This document shows positions 46,563 to 57,876 of a DNA stretch of 64,000 nt, piece after piece; within the stretch, counting starts at the first letter, position 1; the number at the start of each line of letters is the position of its first letter. A program made the position numbers and the translations under genes. The DNA is from Gammaproteobacteria bacterium (lineage in GTDB: Bacteria > Pseudomonadota > Gammaproteobacteria > JABABF01). Location: assembly GCA_965237805.1 (NCBI GenBank), contig OZ250153.1, positions 1,056,001 to 1,120,000 of the forward strand. Direction: 5' to 3'. Below the pieces are notes generated by a model. That model worked only from the letters and a program-made list of their open reading frames with translations, did not search any database and had not been told where the DNA came from.

Positions 46563-47261
46563 ATGGACAAAATTGATATAAATTTTGATGTATATTCTGA
46601 TACCCCCGAGGGAAGAGACCCAGACTCATACAGTCCCACACTCAGGAGATATCATAAAAAACTTTGGAGCAAAGCTTTGCCGAGTGGAAGGATTTTCAAC
46701 CTAAGCGACAACTCTCCAAGAGTTCTTCAGCATAAATCAGCAATAGGTTCTTGTGTTCTATCCAGTGATTCAATTAGTCACACTTATAGCAGAGTAAAAA
46801 GCATGGACCACATTGTTAAACAAGTCCCCAGAGACGAAATAAATTGCTTTTTCTCCATTTCAAGCACTATTGGTGGATATATTATTTTCCCATCAAAAAA
46901 GATTAATAAAAAAATGACAATCAATGGTTCTAGAGGAATAAATAGTAGCATTAAGGATAGATTTGACCTTACACTAGAATGTATAAGACTTTTTTATCTA
47001 GATGAAAAAAGTCCTTTAACAGATACTTTTAATAGATACACCACGTTCTTTGAGTTGTTCGAAGATTTTAGAGGATACGTTAAATTCTTTCTCTTACAGG
47101 ACCTGGTCAACGAAGATTGCTCAACAATTAAATTTGCTATTCCTTTTAAAGATTTCTCCAACCGCCCATTACCAAAAGATTTAAATGAGTATCAACTTTA
47201 CAAAAAAAACATGATCAAATTTGTTAAGTCTAGAAATCAAAGAATACTCAAAGAGGTGTAA
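46563..47261 (+). CDS. hypothetical protein (DUF6994-like)
   Basis: Long AT-rich ORF with DPDSYSPTL..YH..LWSK, TIGGYIIFP, IN..RG, DRFDLTLECIR, YVKFFLLQDLV; family recalled, not searched. Confidence 0.65.
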   Translation: MDKIDINFDVYSDTPEGRDPDSYSPTLRRYHKKLWSKALPSGRIFNLSDNSPRVLQHKSAIGSCVLSSDSISHTYSRVKSMDHIVKQVPRDEINCFFSISSTIGGYIIFPSKKINKKMTINGSRGINSSIKDRFDLTLECIRLFYLDEKSPLTDTFNRYTTFFELFEDFRGYVKFFLLQDLVNEDCSTIKFAIPFKDFSNRPLPKDLNEYQLYKKNMIKFVKSRNQRILKEV

Positions 47262-47357
47262 TGCTCTCGACCTCGCAGCACTTTGTGAGCAATCACGATC
47301 ACGCTATAGAAGAAATCACACCGATCAATGAACTAGTGGCATTCATATAACTCAACG

Positions 47358-47472
47358 ATGCGACATTTTTTGCTTGGCTTCGCCTACTTGTTGGCCTATA
47401 CCACCCCTATTCAGCTGGGGCTCTTGTTATGGGTTCTATGGGCGATCCTCGCCACCGATTACACCATCCTAT
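47358..47472 (+). repeat. truncated duplicate of the 5' end of gene 49269..49574
   Basis: 47376-47472 matches 49287-49383 at 94/97 nt; both copies begin with in-frame ATG (47358, 49269). Confidence 0.9.
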
Positions 47473-47945
47473 TCCACTATGCCACGCAAGGGCTCACCAT
47501 CGTCATCCCGGCCAGCCTCGCGTAGGCGGTGGAGCATGAACCACGCCGACTTTTGGGTAATGCCAAGCTCTTTTGACATCTGCAACGATGACACACCTTT
47601 GCGGGCTGTGGCAAGCAAATACAGGGCATAAAGCCACTTATCCAGCCCAATGTGTGAGCGCTCCATCACTGTGCCAGTGCGAACAGTAAAGACCTTGCGG
47701 CACTCGCGGCACCGCAGATATTGCGGATTCTTCTGGCGCGTAGCTTTGTGGCTACCACAATGCGGGCACTCTATGTTAGACTTCCAGCGACGCTCCTCCA
47801 AGTAATCCTGTGCCGTATCTTCAGTTGGGAACTCCTTGATGAACTCATACATGCTGATGGTATCTTTGCTCATGGCTGGCCTCATCCAACGCTCTATATA
47901 CATATCTTTCCACGCTCAGGCTGGAAAGCCAAGTATATTATTCCC
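47469..47945 (-). mobile_element. IS1595-family transposase remnant (zinc ribbon + HTH; DDE domain lost)
   Basis: FPTEDTAQDYLEERRW, CPHC, CREC, FTVRTGT, KGVSS, SAWFMLHRLR; ends at LRGIVE, just before the catalytic D; possible left end GGGAATAATATACTTGG (47945-47929). Confidence 0.85.
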
Positions 47946-48043
47946 AAATTTTATCTATGATACTAATACTTGCTGCAGCACCTAAGCATTAAAACAACAG
48001 CTCTATACAAACACTTTCTGTAACGATAGAATAAGGTATTTCC

Positions 48044-48658
48044 ATGCCTCAGATAATCTACATACTTAGCAACCCCGTGATGCCGGGCCTGATAAAAATT
48101 GGTAATACAGGGGATCTTGAAAAGCGGGTCAAAGATTTGTCCAGACACACAGGAGTGCCAGTGCCCTTTGAGGTGTTTTATGCTTGTGAAGTCGAAGATG
48201 CAGACGAAGTCGAAAAACGTATTCACGACGCGTTTGATGACCTCAGAATTAATCCGAAACGAGAGTTTTTTCGGATTAACCCAGCAAGAGTGTTGTCGAT
48301 ACTGAAATTGGTAGAGCAGCGTGACGTTACGCCTGGCGATGCGATCGTTGATGATGAGGATGATCGTCGGGCTTTGGATAAAGAGCGCGGGAGGCGCTCA
48401 AGCTTTAAATTCTCTATGGTGGATATACCGCCCAAATCACAGTTAACCTTTATTCATGACCCATCAGTCGTTGCTACAGTTGTTGATGATCGAACCATTG
48501 ATTTTGAGGGTGAGCAGACATCTCTGTCCATGGCTGCCCGGATTATATTACAGAGAACTCGGGGTATCACATGGAAGCAAGTTGCGGGCCCGCAGTACTG
48601 GCAGTTTGATAATGAAACATTGATGGATCGCCGCCTTCGATACGAATTAGAAGAGTAA
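48044..48658 (+). CDS. GIY-YIG/T5orf172-type nuclease with a C-terminal RAMA/DUF4357-like domain
   Basis: IYILSNPVMPGLIKIG.T, TGVPVPF, VEKRIH, NPKREFF; C-terminal SLSMAA..GPQYW. Confidence 0.75.
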   Translation: MPQIIYILSNPVMPGLIKIGNTGDLEKRVKDLSRHTGVPVPFEVFYACEVEDADEVEKRIHDAFDDLRINPKREFFRINPARVLSILKLVEQRDVTPGDAIVDDEDDRRALDKERGRRSSFKFSMVDIPPKSQLTFIHDPSVVATVVDDRTIDFEGEQTSLSMAARIILQRTRGITWKQVAGPQYWQFDNETLMDRRLRYELEE

Positions 48659-48774
48659 TGACCGTGTCTTTGCAGGCAGTGCTTAGAAATGGCCAATAAA
48701 TCTGTAAAGGAAAAATAAGCTAAAAGGTGTATTTTCTATACCAACTTTAAGACCATCTAATTGTAGCAGCATTT

Positions 48775-49230
48775 ATGGATCGACCAATGAATAATTCCAA
48801 GATTCAACCATGCAAAAAAAACACCATTAGAAATTTACTTCTCTTGAATTTACTTTTAATTTTTGTTTCTCCGAATAGTTTTGCCGAATTGCTTTTATTT
48901 TCTGACGATAGCAATGAGTTTTTGGGGTGCCTTGATTGCAGCGCATATAGTTCCGACTCTATTTGTAATGAATATGGACTCCATGGAAACGAATATAGTT
49001 CCAAGTCAATATGGAATGAATATGGAACTTATGGAAGCAAGTATTCAAGTCACAGTCCATGGAATGAGTATTCTGGATCAGGTCCCAAAATAGTTGATAG
49101 AAATGGAAATTATTATGGAAGATTTTCGATCAATCAATATTCCGGGTTTAACAACTCTTCAAAATTAAATAATATCTATGAAATCTTTGACGAAGATCTG
49201 GATAAAGTAAGGAATGCTTTTTGTCATTGA
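48775..49230 (+). CDS. secreted hypothetical protein with tandem S-(I/P)-x-N-E-Y repeats
   Basis: Signal peptide ending SFA; FLGCLDC; repeats SICNEYG, SIWNEYG and SPWNEYS spaced 16 aa apart. Confidence 0.7.
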   Translation: MDRPMNNSKIQPCKKNTIRNLLLLNLLLIFVSPNSFAELLLFSDDSNEFLGCLDCSAYSSDSICNEYGLHGNEYSSKSIWNEYGTYGSKYSSHSPWNEYSGSGPKIVDRNGNYYGRFSINQYSGFNNSSKLNNIYEIFDEDLDKVRNAFCH

Positions 49231-49268
49231 TCCTTATGCACGATCGAATCTGATACAGTGGGGTAGTA

Positions 49269-49574
49269 ATGCGCCCCCTCTTACTCGGCTTCGCCTACTT
49301 GTTGGTCTATACCACCCCTATTCAGCTGGGGCTCTTGTTATGGGTTCTATGGGTGATCCTCGTCACCGATTACACCATCCTATCTCTGACGGGGCATCTC
49401 TTTTTGCAGGAAAATCTGCTGTTTCTCTATGATTGGCTATATTCATGGCTTTGGAATGCCTATCTCAATTTTTGGTATGCCTTTCCGGCGGTCTTTCCCG
49501 TTGCTCTCAAGCTGGTCATTAACACATGGCTGGGCATCTGGTTGCTGAGGAGACTCAAGGAGAGCAACAGCTGA
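49269..49574 (+). CDS. small hypothetical membrane protein
   Basis: Hydrophobic, Trp/Tyr-rich 101-aa ORF; stop overlaps the next ATG. Confidence 0.6.
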   Translation: MRPLLLGFAYLLVYTTPIQLGLLLWVLWVILVTDYTILSLTGHLFLQENLLFLYDWLYSWLWNAYLNFWYAFPAVFPVALKLVINTWLGIWLLRRLKESNS

Positions 49575-49984
49575 TGGAATCTCAACAAAACACCACCCTG
49601 AGCTACATCCATAAATTACTGCTCAACACCATTGTTCTGTTGCCCAGCATCTACATGCTATTCGGCTTATTTGCGGATGACAGGTGGGTTGTCCTATGGG
49701 GGTTGCTGTGGGGTCTGCCCTATCTTGCCATTGGGGGGCTCATCTTATTTGGCGGGCTCAGTTTTCATGTGTCGATCATTGTCGGACTGTATCTGTTGCA
49801 TGGCTTCTACGGCCTCTATCACGATCTGTTGTTTATCAATAGCGGCGTTTTTGCTTGGTATCCGTGCTTGTGCGCCATCTATGATTTCGGGGTGTGCCTG
49901 CTGATTTTGCTATCCTATCGTCTGTTGCAGCGGGCAATAGATTTATATGCGAGCTCCAGCCCCCTATTCGCCAAGGCTCGGTGA
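49574..49984 (+). CDS. hypothetical membrane protein
   Basis: ATG at 49574 overlaps the previous TGA; several TM segments; H..Y..YH..WYP..C..YD pattern. Confidence 0.55.
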   Translation: MESQQNTTLSYIHKLLLNTIVLLPSIYMLFGLFADDRWVVLWGLLWGLPYLAIGGLILFGGLSFHVSIIVGLYLLHGFYGLYHDLLFINSGVFAWYPCLCAIYDFGVCLLILLSYRLLQRAIDLYASSSPLFAKAR

Positions 49985-49991
49985 CGGCGCG

Positions 49992-50732
49992 ATGATGCCG
50001 CTCCGCCGCCGCAACTGTCGTTCGCTTTGCGCCGCCGCGCTCGCCGCCGTCGTGCTGGTCGGGACGGGTTGCGCCTTGTTGTATCAACAGGCTAAGTTGA
50101 CGCTGGCAGAGATCGACGGCTCGATGATTCAGCGCCACTTTGTCGCCGGTGCCGAAATGCTGCGCTCGCAGGGCGGCCAAAGTGAGGTGCATGTGCATCT
50201 GCCGCGCCTGATCCAAAGCGACGCGCCAATACGCTTCACCGTGATGGTACGCAACACTGGCGACGACCCGCTGGATGTGGACATCGACCGCGCCAGCGCT
50301 ACCTTGGATGGCAGTTATCACGAGATCTACACACTGCTAGAGTGGGCACGCCGGGTGCGCGCCGAGCAGACATGGGCGGCCTTCTTTGGCACGCTCAGCG
50401 CCATCGCCTTGACGGTGGGTGGCTTCGTCCTCGAGGATGAGAGTCACCATGGCCGTCGTGGCCATAGCCACGGCTATGCGGCGCTGGGCCTCGGCTTGGC
50501 CTACTGGGATTTGGCGGAGACGGATGCCACATTGCGCAGTTTGAAGCGCGAGTGGCGCGCCGCCAGCCAGACCTTCCTGCAGCGCCACACGCTCGAGCCC
50601 GGCACATGGTATGGCGGCACGGTGGTGCTGGATCCGGCGTGGCCGATCGGCATCAAGGGCCGGATGCTAGAGTTCAGTATCTCCATCGGCGACGACGAAC
50701 ACTACTTCCCGTTGCGGGTGGGGGTGCGCTGA
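49992..50732 (+). CDS. hypothetical exported or lipoprotein
   Basis: Host-like GC; basic N-terminus plus hydrophobic stretch ending VGTGC; internal hydrophobic segment. Confidence 0.6.
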   Translation: MMPLRRRNCRSLCAAALAAVVLVGTGCALLYQQAKLTLAEIDGSMIQRHFVAGAEMLRSQGGQSEVHVHLPRLIQSDAPIRFTVMVRNTGDDPLDVDIDRASATLDGSYHEIYTLLEWARRVRAEQTWAAFFGTLSAIALTVGGFVLEDESHHGRRGHSHGYAALGLGLAYWDLAETDATLRSLKREWRAASQTFLQRHTLEPGTWYGGTVVLDPAWPIGIKGRMLEFSISIGDDEHYFPLRVGVR

Positions 50733-50760
50733 GGCTGCTACCCGCTACCCCGCTGCCCAC

Positions 50761-52461
50761 CTAAAACCCCCAGCTCTCCCGCCAAGCGGCGAATTCGGTG
50801 GGGCTGATTTTATGGCGTGCGTAATTGCCTTCATGCAAGGCGAGCAGCTCGCTTTTGACGATCTCGCTGAATTCCTTGCGTGCGGCTAAGGGTATATTGC
50901 GCATGGCCCATGATGCGATGTGCGCAGGCACTTCCTTTCTGCCGATGCGGTGGCGAACCATGTTGCCGACGAGCTCGCGAAGCGATTCGCTGTGTTGTAA
51001 GCGGAACTGATCGGGCTCGGCTGGCGCTGCCCTGACGGCAGCGTAGTCTGCGGCAGAGCGCTCATAGGCCCAGATAAACAGCTCCTTGATCAGATCGATT
51101 TTGCTCAGCTCGTAGACAGCCAGCATGGCATCGGTATAGGTGCCGCGTGGCACGTCGATGAAGGAAAGCGGCGCCAGATTCCCTTTGCTCAGCGGGATGT
51201 TGGCGGCGAGCCGAGAGCAGCGCTTGTTGACATCGTCGAAGGGCTGTAGGTAGGGGAGCTGCACCATCAGGAAGAGGGCCTGTTCGAAGGGATCGCCGAT
51301 GGCGGCCGCCTTTGCCAGTAGCTGCTCAAAGCACTCCTCTATCAGTTGCGGTATTGCGAGCGGGACAAAGACAGATTTTTTGATGTCGATCGGGATGTGG
51401 CGCAATTGGCCCGCCGCTTCGTGTGGTAGCAAGTTGTTTGCGAGGATCGCATGCAGGTTGAGCAGCGTATGGTGGTTGTAGCCGATCTCCCCGGTCGCAC
51501 CGAGCAAGAATTCAAGCGCATCCTTATGATTGAGGATCATCTGGGCTTCCAAATGATCCCGCTCCTTGGCCTCTTGGCCGAATTCGATCAAATCCCTAGC
51601 GTTGAGTCGCGAGTAGCTGTTGCCTTCAAGGCGGCTTGAGTTCCAAGACAGCTCGATCAGCAAGCGTCCAAGCTGCTGCTTCGCGTGGTTCCCCGTCGCT
51701 GGTGGGCGGTGTTGCACACGGCCAATCTTTGCCAGATGCGTGCGCTCTTCTGCCGACAGATAAAAGGTGGTGTTAGCCTGGTAGGCAGCTAGAAAGCCGC
51801 GGTCATAGCTTACTGGCTCTCGCTGCGCCAGCGGTCGGTGCAGATGATCGCGAATCGCGACACTGTTCTCAGAAAGTGGCACCGTCGCCTCGGCCTCGGT
51901 TTGCCCTCCCCCTGTCGACGTGTATGTGCTCAGTGCTTTGCGCACTGTCACAGACCGAAGCCGGCTGCTTGCCCAGTGCCCCTGCCATTTTTTGCTGAGG
52001 TGCCCGGTCTCCACCAGCAGCTGTTGGAGTCGCTGCGGGAGCTGGCGTGGCAGTTTATCGCGGACTTGGTCCCTAAGCGTCACAGCAATCTGCTGAGCTT
52101 TCACCCTGCCCGGATGGTTCCGCGTTGCGCCCTCAACGGCCTTCAATGCACTCGCTATACGCTGCTTTGCTATCGGCCATGCCTGTGCTGTGCGTAGACG
52201 CTGCTCTGCCGATTCATGCGGCAGCGGAATCAGTGTCGCACGTCCTGCCGTGGACGCACAGCTGTAGCACGTCCAGCGTCCGGTGCGCACTTTGTCGAGA
52301 CGCCCGGCCTCCACCAAGTGTTTTAGTCGGTATTGCAGGGTGCGGCGTGGCAATTCATCGCCGAGTTCTGACGCGATCTGCTGGAGGCTCACCCCATCAG
52401 GATGGCTCCGCACCGCGTCTTCAATCGCTTGTAATGCCGCTTCAGAAATGCGCCGCGCCAT
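50761..52461 (-). CDS. Fic-family protein with duplicated N-terminal winged HTH
   Basis: SWNSSRLEGN inhibitory-type motif; variant Fic motif QPFDDVNKRCSR; two related N-terminal HTH segments. Confidence 0.88.
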   Translation of the reverse strand: MARRISEAALQAIEDAVRSHPDGVSLQQIASELGDELPRRTLQYRLKHLVEAGRLDKVRTGRWTCYSCASTAGRATLIPLPHESAEQRLRTAQAWPIAKQRIASALKAVEGATRNHPGRVKAQQIAVTLRDQVRDKLPRQLPQRLQQLLVETGHLSKKWQGHWASSRLRSVTVRKALSTYTSTGGGQTEAEATVPLSENSVAIRDHLHRPLAQREPVSYDRGFLAAYQANTTFYLSAEERTHLAKIGRVQHRPPATGNHAKQQLGRLLIELSWNSSRLEGNSYSRLNARDLIEFGQEAKERDHLEAQMILNHKDALEFLLGATGEIGYNHHTLLNLHAILANNLLPHEAAGQLRHIPIDIKKSVFVPLAIPQLIEECFEQLLAKAAAIGDPFEQALFLMVQLPYLQPFDDVNKRCSRLAANIPLSKGNLAPLSFIDVPRGTYTDAMLAVYELSKIDLIKELFIWAYERSAADYAAVRAAPAEPDQFRLQHSESLRELVGNMVRHRIGRKEVPAHIASWAMRNIPLAARKEFSEIVKSELLALHEGNYARHKISPTEFAAWRESWGF

Positions 52462-52776
52462 TTCAATCCCCTTGTTGCGCGTAGACCGTATGCGTCATTA
52501 AAACACATTTTCACGCAACATGCAAGTTCACGCGCCATTGACATTGCGCATATATGGGATCGTTGTACAAACAGTGTGGCAGCGTAACCGCTGCCGCTCC
52601 ATCACCCAGTGAAGACCATCACATAAGCTGCGATGCTGGTATTTCAGCAAGCTGCCACGCCAGCCACCACCAATTACTGCGCATATCCGTTACGCGCAAT
52701 AAAAACGACCGCCCAGCATGGCCCCGAGTGATTGCGCCTGCCCTTGGGCGGCAGCCTCAAAGGCACCCACGCGCAA

Positions 52777-53415
52777 CTATTGCTTCTGGTTGCGCCGCCG
52801 CCCCCACCACGCCCACAGATACAGGCAGGCGGTGCTGCGGTGGGGCGACCAAGAGCGTATCAGCTCCGCTGCTGGGCCGCCGTCGGCACCCTGTGGCAAA
52901 ATGCCGTACAACTCCCGTATCGCGCCGTACAGGGCGGCATCGCCGTGCGCGAAGACATCTGGGTGGCGGCGGTGGAACAGCAGGAAGCTGTACGCCGACC
53001 ACGGCCCGAAGCCGCGCAGCGCAATCAAGGTCGCCATTGTCTTCTCGGCTGGCATCTCGGCGAGGCGGCGCAGAAAGCCGCGCTGCTCTCGGCAACGCTG
53101 GGCGACGCCGAGCAGTGCGCGCGACTTGGCACCAGATAGCCCGCAGCCGCGCAGACCCACCTCACCCAGTTTCAGCACCCGCGCGGCGCTGAGCGGTCGC
53201 CCGGCGGCGGCGCGTAGCCGCTCCAGCACGGTGTCGGCTGCATTGGGGTTCAACTGCTGGCTGGTGATGATGTCGGCGAAGGCATCAAAATTCACCTGCT
53301 TGTCCGGCAAGCGCACAGTGCCGATCTCCGCCACCACTCGCGCCAGCACCGGATCGACGCGGCGGAAATGGTGCCGCGCCGCACGTAGCCGAGCCTGCTG
53401 ATTTTCCGTCGTCAC
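52777..53415 (-). CDS. DNA-3-methyladenine glycosylase (AlkA/HhH-GPD family)
   Basis: IITSQQL, LRGCGLSGAK, LRGFGPWSA (HhH), DVFAHGD, WSPHRSTACLYLW. Confidence 0.88.
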   Translation of the reverse strand: MTTENQQARLRAARHHFRRVDPVLARVVAEIGTVRLPDKQVNFDAFADIITSQQLNPNAADTVLERLRAAAGRPLSAARVLKLGEVGLRGCGLSGAKSRALLGVAQRCREQRGFLRRLAEMPAEKTMATLIALRGFGPWSAYSFLLFHRRHPDVFAHGDAALYGAIRELYGILPQGADGGPAAELIRSWSPHRSTACLYLWAWWGRRRNQKQ

Positions 53416-53590
53416 TTCGCCATCTCCGCCAATGGCACCCCGCGCCTGCAGCTCAGCTCGGTCGGGTTGCGTTTGGCTCCAGTGTAGCCGTCGTATTCAG
53501 ACTTTGGGCACGGGCGCTAAAATGTTCTGTTTAGCGCTGGATGCAGGCGCGCCGAGTATTCGGTGAGTCGCTTCGGCCATGCCCTAGCCG

Positions 53591-55924
<2,334 letters not shown>

Positions 55925-55977
55925 CGACACAGTGGGGCTGCGCCCCGGATGGCCAAGCGGGGCGCGGGATCGGGACA

Positions 55978-57153
55978 ATGCGGCATGGCACAGATTCCTT
56001 GTTGAACACAGTGGCTGGCTGCGTGCTGGCACGTACACCACTGTGCTTGGCAGTGGTGATGGCCGCCTGCTTGCTCGCCGCTTGCGGCGGGGCGGAGCAG
56101 GGTGATGCCGCTGGCGGCGCAGCTGCGCCCGAGCGCATCCACAACTGGAAGATGGTGACTTCGTGGCCGAAGAACTTCCCCGGTTTGGGTACCGGTGCCG
56201 AACGCTTCGCCCAGAGCCTTGAGGCGATGAGCGGCGGTCGCCTGCGGGTGCGGGTCTACAGCGCGGGCGAGTTGGTGCCGGCGCTGGAAGTCTTTGATGC
56301 GGTCTCGCAGGGCACGGTCCAGTTAGGCCACAGCGCCGCCTATTACTGGAAGGGCAAGCTGCCAGCGGCGCAGTTTTTCACGGCGGTGCCCTTTGGCCTT
56401 ACTGCCCAAGAGATCAACGGCTGGCTACACCACGGCGGCGGTTTGGCGCTGTACCGCGAGCTCTACGAGCCCTTTGATATCCTGCCGTTGGCGGTCGGCA
56501 ACACCGGCGTGCAGATGGCGGGCTGGTTCAACCGCGAGCTCGTCGATGCCGACAGCCTGCGTGGGCTCAAGATGCGCCTGCCCGGCCTCGGTGGCGAGGT
56601 GTGGCGGCGCGTTGGCGGTACGGCGGTGACCCTGCCCGGCTCGGAGATCTACACCGCGATGAGAACCGGCGTCATCGACGCCACCGAGTGGGTGGGTCCC
56701 TATAACGACATGGCGCTGGGCCTGCACGAAGTGGCGCGCTACTACTACTACCCCGGCTGGCACGAGCCCGGCAGCTCGATGGAGTTGAGCATCAATACCG
56801 ACGCTTGGGCCGAACTTCCGCCGGACTTGCAGGCCATTGTCGAGGCAGCTGCGCGGGTGGCGAATCAAGACATGCTGGACGAATACACGGTGCGCAACGC
56901 CGCCTCTCTGCGCGAGCTGCGCGAGCGGCATGGTATCGAGCCAACGCCGCTGCCGCGCTCAGTGCTACGAGCCTTGTGGCACGCCTCGGTCGAGGTGGTG
57001 GCAGAGCTGGCGCGCTCCGACCCCAAGGCCGAGCGCATCTACCGGCACTGGAAGCGCTACGCCGACGATGTCTATGACTACCATCGTCTGAGCGAGCAGG
57101 CCTATCTGGAGGCGCGTGAGGTGGCGCGCGACGAGAACGCTAGCGTGCGCTAG
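55978..57153 (+). CDS. TRAP transporter substrate-binding protein (DctP/TakP type)
   Basis: WKMVTSWPKNFPGLG, AAYYWKGK, GLKMRLPGLGG, IDATEWVGP, YYYPGWHEP; LAAC lipobox; start approximate. Confidence 0.93.
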   Translation: MRHGTDSLLNTVAGCVLARTPLCLAVVMAACLLAACGGAEQGDAAGGAAAPERIHNWKMVTSWPKNFPGLGTGAERFAQSLEAMSGGRLRVRVYSAGELVPALEVFDAVSQGTVQLGHSAAYYWKGKLPAAQFFTAVPFGLTAQEINGWLHHGGGLALYRELYEPFDILPLAVGNTGVQMAGWFNRELVDADSLRGLKMRLPGLGGEVWRRVGGTAVTLPGSEIYTAMRTGVIDATEWVGPYNDMALGLHEVARYYYYPGWHEPGSSMELSINTDAWAELPPDLQAIVEAAARVANQDMLDEYTVRNAASLRELRERHGIEPTPLPRSVLRALWHASVEVVAELARSDPKAERIYRHWKRYADDVYDYHRLSEQAYLEAREVARDENASVR

Positions 57154-57599
57154 TCCTCATCTTCGCCCAGCGCTGTTTTGTTCAAGTGCTCCGGCACGAG
57201 CCGTGGTTCGCCAGCGTCATCGACGGCGAAATAGGTGAGCACACTCTCGGTGACCTTGTTGCGCTCTGTGTTCGGTGTTTGTTGCCAGACCTCGACGGCG
57301 ATGCTCATATCGCTGTCCTCGGCCTCCAGCAGGGCCGAGTAGATGCTGACCATCGCATCGGCTGCGACGGGCGCGAGAAAAGACATTTCGCTGATGGCTG
57401 CCATGACCACCTCGCCGCCAGAGAGCTGCCGTGCGGCCATGCTCGCCGCCGTCTCGATCTCGCTCAACAGCCAGCCGCCGTAAACATCGCCCGAAGGCCC
57501 GACATCGGCCGGGGTGGGGGCGACGGTTGTCAACAGGGTGCCATCAGGCCCCGGATCCTCGTGCAGTTGGATGATGTTGCCGCCGCTGTTGTCGGCCAT
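57150..57599 (-). CDS. acyl-CoA thioesterase (YciA-like hotdog fold)
   Basis: PADVGPSGDVYGGWLLSEIE, FLAPV, TYFAVDDAGEPR. Confidence 0.85.
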   Translation of the reverse strand: MADNSGGNIIQLHEDPGPDGTLLTTVAPTPADVGPSGDVYGGWLLSEIETAASMAARQLSGGEVVMAAISEMSFLAPVAADAMVSIYSALLEAEDSDMSIAVEVWQQTPNTERNKVTESVLTYFAVDDAGEPRLVPEHLNKTALGEDED

Positions 57600-57641
57600 G
57601 TTTTGCCTCTCGCTATGGGCTGACGCAGGGGGGAGGGTGTG

Positions 57642-57744
57642 CTAACGCAGAGCCGCAGGCAAAGCAGTTGCCAGTTGCGGCCATATCGCGAGCAGACTCA
57701 GTAGCGTCAATTGGATGATGATAAAGAGTATCACGCCCCGATAG
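57642..57744 (-). repeat. displaced copy of the dctM 3' end (direct repeat of 60275-60377)
   Basis: 103 nt, 14 mismatches, no indels; encodes YRGVILFIIIQLTLLSLLAIWPQLATALPAALR*. Confidence 0.92.
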
Positions 57745-57876
57745 GTCACATTATATTGTAGAGCAAGAGGGTTTGTGTGTGCCTGTATTTAGAAGAGATA
57801 GACAGCGATGTCTAGGGAACGGTTAGATCACAGCCTGAGTACCGACGGACCGTCAGTTTGGTTCAACTGGTTTGTT

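Larger units (their letters stand above)
46337..49984. mobile_element. AT-rich accessory islet directly downstream of glmS (attTn7-type hotspot), no integrase or Tns genes
   Basis: Composition switches abruptly at the glmS stop and returns to GC-rich near 49.96 kb; contains an IS remnant and hypothetical/nuclease genes. Confidence 0.75.

Noticed and set aside
57745-57876. Integron attC site after the NTPase gene
   Set aside because: GTTAGAT is present, but there is no matching RYYYAAC with a foldable stem and no intI
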